NCBI GenBank assembly: GCA_051294375.1
Contig: CM119263.1
Span: 12,379,723-12,443,722, forward strand
Direction: 5' to 3'
Origin: Paraspadella gotoi
Lineage: Eukaryota > Animalia > Chaetognatha
DNA: 64,000 nt
The notes beneath the pieces were generated by a model that saw nothing but the letters and a program-made list of their open reading frames with translations, did no database searches and had not been told where the DNA came from. Shown here piece by piece: positions 43,901 to 55,000 of the stretch. The first letter of the stretch is position 1; every line of letters starts with the position of its first letter. Made by a program: the position numbers and the translations under genes.

Positions 43901-46453
43901 GGAGATGGTGCCTGATGTTGTGTCTTCGCAGTACGCCATTGTGAGTCCCTGTAGATCAGATTCTAACTTCCCCCCCCACCCCCCCCATTGTTTTCGGCGC
44001 TGCTTCGCCCCGCCCGCCGTGCTGCGATCGCTTGGTCTCTTTCGTCGTTCCTTGCGCCTCTCGGCCCCGACCTAACTCTACGGCTTCCGCGCGGCGTGCT
44101 GCAGGCTGAATAAGGTAACTAATTGCCATCCCTTTATCTTTATTCCTTCAAAAGATATTAGAAAAAATAAGTTTTTTTTCACCCTTCCTTTTAATTTCTT
44201 TTAAATAAAATTTCGCGATTCAAACCGCGACTTTCATTTAAACCTGATCATTTTATGTCAAAATCATTATAAAACGAAAAAAAAATAGGACTAGCTCTTC
44301 AGACACAAAGCTATCAGGAATCGCGAATTCGAAGTCACTCATGTAACAGGAACATATAGCAACATCCATTTGCAATTTTAAGTTTGTAAACTTCCCTTTC
44401 ATTTCTATAGTAAAAATGATGTTTGAAAATTCTCTGGAGATGAGTAGTGCATTTCCCCTGGCTTGTTGATATTAAATCCTTTACAAATGCATATAAAACG
44501 AATAGGACAAGCTCTTCAGAGTAACGCTCTCGGAATCGTGCGTTTTTACAAGTGTTTTTTAACCGAATTTCTGGCAAACGCGTTTGCAATTTGGGTAGTC
44601 AGATCTGGGAACGGAATTCTCTATTAGAAAAATGTTAAATTTTTTTTAAGCGACATTCTCGTCTAATGAAAAGGTGGGACGGACCTTCAGACGGACATCA
44701 ATTTTTTTGCATAATTTATCATAATTCTATATTCTAATATGATAAAAAATATTTACCGACAAAATTTTTGGGTGGGACCGACGGACTGACAAAGTGAATT
44801 ATAGAGTCGGAATCTGCGATAAGCAGAACCGACTAAAAACTAAACTACGGTATCCTATTAAAGGTGAAAAGTTTTATGGATTTGGCTTGTAATTGGACGG
44901 CGTCGAATATGTTCGTAAACGCAAGGCCCAATAACGATAAAGAAGAGCAAAACAATATCGGGGAAATCAAGAATTTCCGACGATGGGACCCTCGAACAGG
45001 AGCGATTTTCCAGGATGGTTCCAAGGTAAAAATCATCAAAGAACACTCGGCAGAGGTTCCACAGCCGAAGGAAATCTCGCACTTTGTCGACTCCTGCGAC
45101 GATTACGCAAAAGATGATATTCGACGATATTCGATTCGATTCGATGATATTCGACTCTCTTCGGCGGCACATCGTCGTTCGCGAAGGACAACCTTCGTCG
45201 GCGAGAGCGAGTACAGCAATATTGGCGATAAGTCTCCGCTAAGCCGAAAAACATCGCTGGACGCCAAACCAGCGGCCCGTAACAGGGGCAGAGTGAGGGG
45301 ACCGAATGTTTACTGCGACTACTCCTGCCTGAAAACGAAGGCAGCGGATGACAAGGGAAATTTCATAACGTCTGCCACTCGGCAAAAAACTCAATCCAAG
45401 AATAATATAAACACGGAGAAACCTTACTGCCTGGAAGACTCACTCGAGAGCCTTAATGATCTCCTCGACGATATGTGTTCTAGCGATGAGGCGGAAGAAG
45501 ATGATGATAAAAACCACAATTCCGTTTTAATTTTAACAACCACATATAGTGACAAAAAAAACAACCAATCAAAAATAAAAAAATCTTCATTGGCGGATGT
45601 TTCGAAATGCCTCTGCAACTGCGGTGAAGATAAGGAAATCGGTCCAAAAATCCTATCTCACCGTTCATTGTTGTGCGAAAATGCCTTTGATTCGACCCAT
45701 TTTGAAAAAGTGGTCGTGACGAGTGACTGGATCAAGGAAACGCAAGAAGAGAACAGTGGCCAAGCCCAAGAAGAAATAAGGCGGTGGCTATCGACCAAAC
45801 AGTTCGAACGGGGAGAAGCAGTCGTCTTAGAAAATGATGAATTTGAAGTTGAGCTGAAATTTAAGAATCAAAAGAAGAAACAGAAACCAGAGAATGACGA
45901 AGCCGAAAAGAATAATGGCGAGGAGAAAATTGAAATAAGTAATAACGAGCAGGAAAATGAAGAAAGATTGCCAATTGGAACAGAAAGGAAAGACATATTT
46001 AAAATGTGGGCAATTAAACCTGAGGATATATTGCGCGATGACGACGGTAAAAATGATAAGATAGATGACAACCTGAAAAAAGAAGGCGAGAATAGAGAAG
46101 AAAAAGTGGAGATAAAAGAAAATGAAACAATTATTGAAGCGAAACACTATACCAAGCACGATTGCGTGATCAGGTTAAAAGAAGCCAAGAAAAATAAAAA
46201 TATTGCTAAGAGTGAACCTTGGCAATATCAATTTGATCAGGAACGATTGCTCCCAGAGGATCGCCGAGATGGAAGTCGTGATTACCATAAAGAAGAAGTT
46301 TTAACTAAAGACTTAAGCATTCAGGCCTTATGGGAAATACTTCCGGATAATTTCAAGGACGATGACAAAAGTAGGTTAATTGAAATGACCATGAAAAATG
46401 GCATAGCAGGCGTAAAAAAAAATTCACTGTTGGATATTATGATATTCGGTTGA
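40982..46453 (+). CDS. Acidic, low-complexity protein region; exons 40982-41007, 44303-44342, 44864-46448 (or stop at 46453); possibly the 5' half of the KASH gene
   Basis: 529-codon open frame in AT-rich DNA starting directly after an AG. Two small phase-compatible exons give MASPVKSTR-HKAIRNREFEVTH-VKSFMDLACNW. A phase-1 donor G|GTTGAA at 46448 fits the acceptor at 48229. Confidence 0.65.
41440..44121 (+). mobile_element. GC-rich element with A..BA..B repeats (DIRS/PAT/Ngaro- or Crypton-like, non-autonomous; class uncertain)
   Basis: A at 41440-41495 and 43816-43870; B at 43758-43806 and 44058-44106; ACTA at both ends and at the B-A junction; fragmented internal ORFs. Confidence 0.7.
44660..44840 (+). 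mobile_element. DINE-1/Helentron-like 3' end
   Basis: GGACGGAC tract and terminal hairpin AGTCGGAATCTGC-GATAA-GCAGAACCGACT-AAAAA. Confidence 0.75.
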
Positions 46454-46845
46454 ATTTAAAAAAAAAATTTTCATGTATTTATATCATAAATATCATAGCA
46501 AAATCTTTATTTGATTTTCAGATATGATTAATTATAGGGTAAAATAAAATATTGTCATAAAAAAGTTATTGATTTGTATTTATCTAATATACTATTATAA
46601 AATAAAATAAAAATTGCATCAGACCCTTTTTTACTTAACTTTTCATCTTATCTTTTTAACACCTTTTATTAAATGCATTTAATGCTGCATAAATTTTAAA
46701 AATATATTCTATATAATATATATATGTTTTGTTATTAGTATCATTGTTATGGTTGTGATAGTTATGATTGTTATTATTGTAGGAGTCATTACTTTTATAA
46801 ACAATCCATATAAAATAAAAAAAGGAAAAAATGATTCTAATTTTG

Positions 46846-47176
46846 GGTAACTTTACTATTCGACGTCCACATTCCACAACCAACCTTAGGTACCACCGGT
46901 CGGTGCTTTGTTAATCCATTTAATTTTGTTTTCCCTCAAGCGTCGAGTACCACTTTGAGCAATAATATACATTTTTTTGTTTAGTAATACAAATTTTAAA
47001 ATTTTATAATAAATAAATGTTTTAAATTTATTTTAATTATTATTTTTATGTTTGAGGTAGAAAATGAATGTTTACGTACGAGTTTTATAAAGAAACAAAT
47101 TTCGGACAAGTTTCAGCTTCAATGTAAGCCTTCATCAGCGCAAAAACGAATTGATTTGTGAAACAAATGTTTTCAC

Positions 47177-47259
<83 letters not shown>

Positions 47260-47678
47260 ATTACAAATCCCTAACCACCCCTAATCCCTAACCAACCTTA
47301 ACCCAATTGCAAACCGTTTAAAAAAAATAACATAAAAATATTGTTTTTCCTTTCCTTTCTTTGTTTGTTCTTGAATAACAAGTTTTATTAAGAAACAAAT
47401 TTCGGACATGTTTCGGCTTCAATGTAAACCATCAGCGCAAAAACGAATTGATTTGTGAAACAAATATTTTGAAGTTTGAAGAGAGAGAGAGAGAAAGAGT
47501 ATGTTTAAATATTTGATTCACAAATCAATTTGATTTTGCGCTGATGAAGGCTTACATCTTTATAAAACTCGTACATAAACAATTTATTTTTTACACTAGA
47601 GGGAAAACAAAAATGGATAAAAGCACCGACCGATAGTACCTAAGGTTGGTTGCGGTCGTTGAATAGTAAAGTTACCCA
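46846..47678. mobile_element. TIR element (GGGTAACTTTACTATTC ends) containing hammerhead motifs, (CT)n and CCCTAA repeats
   Basis: About 80-bp imperfect TIRs. Hammerhead at 47101-47143 (-), degenerate or partial copies at ~47400-47440 (-) and ~47538-47557 (+), (CT)n at 47184-47254. Confidence 0.8.
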
Positions 47679-48228
47679 TATTTTTTCATAATTAGATATT
47701 TTTAGATGATTAAGTGACTAAACAAAAGTGACAACTCATGAATCGAAAAAGGGAATTTACGGAGTCAGTTATGCTTAAGCAGATCCTAATAAAAAGTTTG
47801 TCTTACCCATTCTCAGAAGAAAATGAAAATAAAAAAAAAATTAAAAAATCAAACTAGCAAAATTTAAAGGCTAGAGGCTGATTTTTTTATAATTACAAAA
47901 TTCTTCTCCAAACTCAAGCTATGTTTTTAGTGCCGCAGTAACAGTTCAGTTTAAGCCCTTGAAAGTGATTTACATGTATTGGAGCAGCCACTGCACTGGT
48001 TTATATTTGTATTATCACATAATCCCGAAAAACTACAATCATATGATCATAAAGTTAATGAAGCACATTTCACGAAATATTTGGTTTTACAACTTTACAG
48101 ATAAATTATCAACCCTAAAATGTTTGTTAGACATATATTTTAAAGTTTAATCAGGTGACCACCCAATACATGTGATAAAATCACTGCGGCGTAACACATT
48201 GGAAGGACTGTACTTGATATTTTCTCAG

Positions 48229-51200
48229 GGTTTTTCAAACGTATTACACCACAAAGACGTGATAGTGTCATATATGTCAAAGCGCCAACTCACGGAATAA
48301 AAGGAACTCCCATGAGCAAGAAGCAAATGAACTTTACCTGGTGAGCACTGACACTATTCAATGAGAATCTTCGAACTAATCATCTTATTTAAAGTTAATT
48401 TTTACAGGTTGCACCAACAAATTGAAATAAACAACTTTATTTCTGGACCTCTGTTAACTGAAAATCAATTAAGCAAAGCAGAATCTACAGGGTACAAACA
48501 AACTCCGGTAGGTTGACAAATGTAAATAGGTAAAAATAGGCAAAAATGAAGTACAGATTCAAAAAGCTGAGCTCCTGGCGATTCCAAAAATGTATTCACT
48601 TTAAACATTTTATATCGGTTTTAATTATAATATAAAATAAAAGAAACCTGTCTGAAGAGTTGCAGGTCAAACGAAAAGGCCAATCAATATGATATTTTTT
48701 ATGAATTTTTTATTAGTGAAATAGAAAAATGTAATAGAGAGACATTTTTAAATTTCAACTTGTATCCTTGAAAATGAAACGATTTTAAACTTTAACCCTG
48801 AATTGTTTTTAACTAGAACACATTTATCAAAATGTTTCTCTATTACTAGCGGTAGCCGTCCAAATTCAAATTTTAACAGTATTTTACAGTACAGTATTTT
48901 ACAGTATTTTAACAGTATTAAACGAATCCTTTATTGGTATTATTTATTGTGTTAAAATATTTTTTTGCAAAAATGTTCCGAAACATGAGTAATTCGCTAA
49001 TTAAAATTAGTATATTGCTATATAATGTATAAAAAAATTAAGTATTTTAAGTTTTTTTAATTGATTCTGATAGAGCTCAAAAAGTTAAGCAGAAAATGTA
49101 ATTACAACTTTTTAAAATTTTAATGTTTTTCCCAATTATGACCCACTTATCAATAAAATATTTAAAAAATAATTAAACTTTGTGTAGACAACATTTTATA
49201 AGCTATCTGAATCTGCTTTTAAAGATATAAAATTTTTTAAAAAATTTTTGACATTTCCTATCTATAAATAAATATTAAAAAATTAATTACTAATGCTTGT
49301 TGCCATTTTATAAAATTTTGGTCCATTGAAAGTTTTCTCAGAAATGAATGAAGTTTCATTCGGGAAGGTTCCCAAATAAAACTTCTGACCCACCCCATTA
49401 ACAAAGTTTGGCTCTACTATTACATTTTCACAAATGTTTTTAAGATTGCTAATCAACTTTTTAAATCAATATTATTACAATCGTTTAGGCTGCAACTCTT
49501 TAAATTCAGTGTAGATTCAGTCTAGATCGAATTTCTTTACCATCTATTTAACTAAAGATTTTGTTCAAGACTGGAAAACCAACAGAGTAACAAGATTAAT
49601 TGTTTAACTCTCCCCTTCTAAATTTGCCTTTACCGTGTTTTAACTTTTTACCTAGAATTTTTTAACAACCAGATTGAAAAACAAATCTTTAAAAAATGTG
49701 CTAACCCATTTAATTTGACAATTTTGTTATTTACCGATTTAAGAAAAAATATTTAAAACAGAATGTTTACATATAAATAAAAACTTTTTTTGGTGATTAC
49801 TGGTGATTACGATGTATTTCTAGATGTATTAGCTTTAATACATCAAAGATTACGAATTGTTAAGTTGAATGACCTTTCCTCTTAATGAGGTCGTGGTTTT
49901 TTGTGACCAGAATCTGTTTGGGAAAAACTAGCATTTGCTTCAATATTGGGTATAAAATTCGATTGTTTTAGTTCTTAGTTTCTTTAATTACATCAACCTG
50001 TTTCACATAAATTTAGATTGTTATATTTGGTAATACCAAAAAATTTATTCCAAATGTCAGTATTAAAATAGTGATTACATCTTTTTTTATTCTCTCAGGT
50101 TTCTTTAAAAAGTATCGGGAACATAGCTGTCGGGTGCGAGTTTGAAGCGCAAAACCAAAGAGCGACAAATTACGAATCTGATCATGGTGATGATGATGCC
50201 ACCATTAAAAACAGTTTTGGCTCTATGGAATTTGAAGATTCGAGTGCAAAAAATGTAGTAAAATATATTAAGCTTAAACCGGCACATTCACCTATCAAAG
50301 ATTTGAATTTATATATATCAGAAAACAAAATACTTGCTAATATAACAATCAGTGAATTCAAAAAAGCGTCTAATCCAGCATCTAGTTATTACAGGACCAA
50401 CAAAGAATTTCCTGTTAAAATCAATGATCCATCTCATTCATACACGGATAATATTTTTCCTTACGTCGAAAAAGATGATAGGACGGCTCCTTTACTAACC
50501 AACACTAAATTTTCACAATTCTACAACGCTGAATCAATCACATGCAGCGAACATGTCTCCATTGATAGAAACAATATGTCGACTGCAAGCACGTCTTCGA
50601 TTAATAGAATTTTATTTGGTCACTTACAGCTAACTAACCCATCAAAATTTATTAATTCCTCAAACTTCATCATTAAAAGGGTAGCAGAGAAACGATTTCA
50701 AATTTTGGAGTGTTTGAACTTTCGTGGCAAAAACTATCAAAATGTTTCCGACAGTACTTACCAAGGGGATCAATGTGAAGAAGAAAAGGTAAATGGCAAA
50801 GATCAAGCTTCACTTACCTACCACAAACAGAAATCTCATGCCTCTATTTTTTCTGAAAACCCAAGAGATAAGTTAGTTAAATGTCTAAATCTTTACGCTG
50901 ATCCCAGATCCAAAGCTACCTACTTAAACCATAAAGAACTGCACCAAGCCGAAATCTGTAACGAAAAAAGTTCTCCAATTGACGACAAAATACATTTTCT
51001 TTTTAAGAACGGCAGGATTGATTCAATTTCAAAGGCATCAAATGAATCCAAATTTTTACATTTCCCTTGCAAACAAACACTAGATTTTGTCAGAGGAAAG
51101 AAAGGACCTAGTAAACCGAAAAGCGAAGACGATGACAAGAACCGCCAAAGTGAGTGCACGTCGATCGTTTTTCTCGGCCTCGTGTTAATCGCTTCAGTTC

Positions 51201-51295
51201 TGGCTTTCATGTGGTTGGGTGGACAGATTAAAAGTTTGTACGGAACGGACACCGAGTTGATGATGAGGTATCCGGAAGGGCCACCTCCAACTTAG
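48229..51295 (+). CDS. KASH-domain (outer nuclear membrane, LINC complex) protein; exons 48229-48340, 48408-48507, 50099-51295
   Basis: Phase-compatible GT-AG introns. The terminal exon is open for 398 codons and ends in a TM helix IVFLGLVLIASVLAFMWL plus GGQIKSLYGTDTELMMRYPEGPPPT*, resembling the nesprin LRYTNGPPP(T/L)* terminus. AATAAA at ~51309. Confidence 0.82.
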
Positions 51296-52017
51296 TTCTC
51301 TTTCAAGAAATAAAAACTGATGCTATCCTATTATCTTTATTTTTAGCAAGAAAAAGTAGAAAGCTTGAACAAGAAACTAATATTTAAAATTACTAAGTTC
51401 AATACTTCAATTACTATATCCTTAGCTAGGAATTATAATTCTTGTAAGTAAAAACAAAAAACTTTTAACTTTTATATATTCTAATAAAAAAAACCTTGTG
51501 TAAACAAATATCACAGAAAAATAATCGACTGGAATTACTCATTTAGAAGAAAAGAGGTTATAAAAATATTAACTTATTCAATTGTTAACAATTTTCTAAT
51601 TAAATTGAACAAACTGTCAACATTAATTAAAGCTATAGATCAAACTGACGTTCTAACCAATGTAATATTGTCGAATAGTAAAAAATGTCAGCCAGGTCAT
51701 GTTCCATGAGTAGCAAACAAGCCAAAATTCTTCAAATTGTAAAATATTAGAAGATAAAAAGCATGATTATTAAACAAACATTTCATCGCAATCCTAACAA
51801 ATAAAACAGCACGCACTCCTTCCAAATTAACCCCGACTTGATTTAAAGTCACATGCGCCTCTCTCTCAAACCAGGAACGAAACGTTCAATTCTGCGACAG
51901 GAGAAAATATAGTAATAAAATCTAAATTGGAACGATCAACTATCGGTTCTCCGGAGTTAAAATTTGTGCGAATAAAAAGTGACAAGATATGGAAAAGAAA
52001 AGAAAAACATTTTTGCT

Positions 52018-55000
52018 TCAGTAGTATGGAACCTGTTCCGACCCGACGTTGACAGATTTCTTAAGGTGTTCGAGAATGCTGTCGAAGGAATCGCGCCCTC
52101 CAACGTCGAGGTTTCCGGACTCGAATGCTCGGCGATGCTCTTCGGAACCGACCGGAATTCCCGGAGCCTCGGCCTTCAGCGTTTCCGCTTCGGGAGGAAA
52201 AGACGTCACCTCCTGAAAGAACAAATAATTAGTAAGCAGGTGTTGAGTTTATTTGTGTTATCGTTTTGACCAAATTTCTTACATGACTAGAAACTTCATT
52301 TTGTTCGCCGTCGAGGTTTGGGAGAACGAGGGAACGGTATATATTCCACCAGCCTTGCAAGAAGGCAGTTACGTGATAATTCTGATCCACTGGTTTTACT
52401 TTTCCGCTTTCTACGTCAAATTGATGATGCCAGGGTTTCAGAGGACCTGATAAGAATAATGTAGAATGAAATTAAATTTAAAATTCTACATAAGAGTCAT
52501 GATTCTGGCAGAATTAGTTGCTGCAGCAAATGGATGGAAAAAGAATGATGCTAAAACTGAACAGAAAGAGTATAAAGAATCTTTTGATAAATTTCGGGAC
52601 CCTTTTTAGTTCGAAAATTTAGCGCTTTAGTGCATTTTTATTGTCAAAAAATCGTTGATTGCAAAGAATAAAGAAAGAAAAAAAATATGACAAAATGACA
52701 AAATGAAAAAAGTAGAATGATAATTTCTTATCCAGACAATGAAAATTCTCTCATTATACGTAGAATATGTGCAAGATACAATATAGTACCATGTTTTACG
52801 AACAATAATTCTATAAAAAAAATAGTAAACTAAAAAGACCCGGTAATAAATAAAAAAAAATCTGGGTTTATTTATTAATTTCCTTAAAATTGTGGCAAAT
52901 TTTATATAGGTGAAACGGAGGAACCAAAATGGAAAATAAGAAAAATTATATTAGGAAAAATAATATTAGTTATGCTGCTATTTTGGAAAACTTCATAAAT
53001 TGTGCCCATAAATGTAGTGCATCTCAACCAGGGATTCAACCGGAAGATTGTACAATATTGGATCAAGAGCATAACAATAAAATAAGATTATGTTTAGAAA
53101 TATTAAAATATTAAAAAAAAGTTATAAATATAAATGCTTTAAGCCTTGATCCAATATGGGACAACATTATTGCTATTTTTTCTACTAGGTTTGAAACTGA
53201 CAAGGGAAATTTATATTTTATCTTTTATATTTATACATAGTGAGAGGGAAGAGACTTCTCTGAAGCAATTTTTTTGAGCTTCTTAGACAAAATATTTTTG
53301 CACCTTAGAGGAAGACAAGTCATCGAAGTACAGTTCTATTTCATCATGATTAAATTATTGTTCCTACTAAGTTAAGTTATTTTTCTTCTGGTATGCAAAG
53401 ACAATCAATTCTCAGCTATAATTTGAAATATAAATTTTTTTACTAACTATAACTTACCGAGAAAATGACAAACTTTAACGTCTCGACCAAAACGTTTAAA
53501 TGCTGGTAAATAAGAGTATGTCACATTTGAAGCCATGTTGTAAACGAAAGGGAGCCGACGGGAAGCTTCACTAGTCGACCAACTCGAAAAGTAAGTATTT
53601 AGCAATCCCTGTTCAGAAAATAAATTATAAATCTTAAAAGTATAGTGATCTCGATAGGCGTTACTAGCAAAAAAAATTAATAAAAAAATCCGAAAAAAAA
53701 ACTAGTAATTGATTGATATAATAATAATTGATTGATGTAATAATAATTGATCAATAATATAATAGTAATTGATCATAAATAATAGTAATTGATCAATAAT
53801 ATAATAGTAATTGATCAATAATATAATAGTAATTGATCAATAATATAATAGTAATTGATCAATAATATAATAGTAATTGATCAATAATATAATAGTAATT
53901 GATCAATAATATAATAGTAATTGATCGATAATATAATAGTAATTGATCGATAATATAATAGTAATTGATCGATAATATAATAGTAATTGATCGATAATAT
54001 AATAGTAATTGATCGATAATATAATAGTAATTGATCGATAATATAATAGTAATTGATCGATAATATAATAGTAATTGATCGATAATATAATAGTAATTGA
54101 TCGATAATATAATAGTAATTGATCGATAATATAATAGTAATTGATCGATAATATAATAGTAATTGATCGATAATATAATAGTAATTGATTCGATAATATA
54201 ATAGTAATTGATCGATAATATAATAGTAATTGATCGATATAATAGTAATTGATCGATATAATAGTAATTGATCGATATAATATTAATTGATCGATATAAT
54301 AGTAATTGATCGATATAATAGTAATTGATCGATATAATAGTAATTGATCGATATAATAGCAATTGATCGATATAATAGTAATTGATAGATAAAATAAAAA
54401 AAGACAAAAAAATGTTACGATTGTTTACAATTAAAAATTATTATATTTGTTTACAATTGGAAGTTATAAAAGTATGTAATTTTATTTGTATTTAAATTTG
54501 GATATAGCTTCTCATCAAAATCTTTTAAAATTACATGTTTGATATCGATTCAAATATTTTTAGTATGATTTTCCTCTTCTTATTGCAATATGCAAATTAG
54601 AATATAGTATAATATATACTAATTTGCATATTGCAGTAAGTACTATTTTTTAATTTGCATATTGCAGTAAATCATAATGAGAAGGAAATTCTAACAAAAC
54701 AAGTTTGAGCAAACAATGTCGGATCTGCCTACGATAATTAACCAGTAGGGTGAAGTGAAAGTTTGAAATTAAAATTTAGCAGTTATATCTTGAAAACTAT
54801 CATATTAGTGAATACTAATCAGTAGTTTTTTTTTTATAAATATAGTCACCCAGTCAGCTTATTTTATATATATATATTTTATATATACCCTTATATAATT
54901 TTAAAATTTCAAAATGTTTTTTTTTTAAATTCTGACAACAGATTCAGATTCCTCAGTTTTGTCACTGATGAAGGCTCAAATTCGAGCTGAAACATGTTCG

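Noticed and set aside
44858-46159. Several minus-strand ORFs overlapping the 529-aa frame
   Set aside because: Antisense shadows of the + strand coding exon.
53859-54407. 182-aa [13 protein letters not shown] repeat ORF
   Set aside because: Translation of the 22/19-bp minisatellite inside a glycogenin intron.
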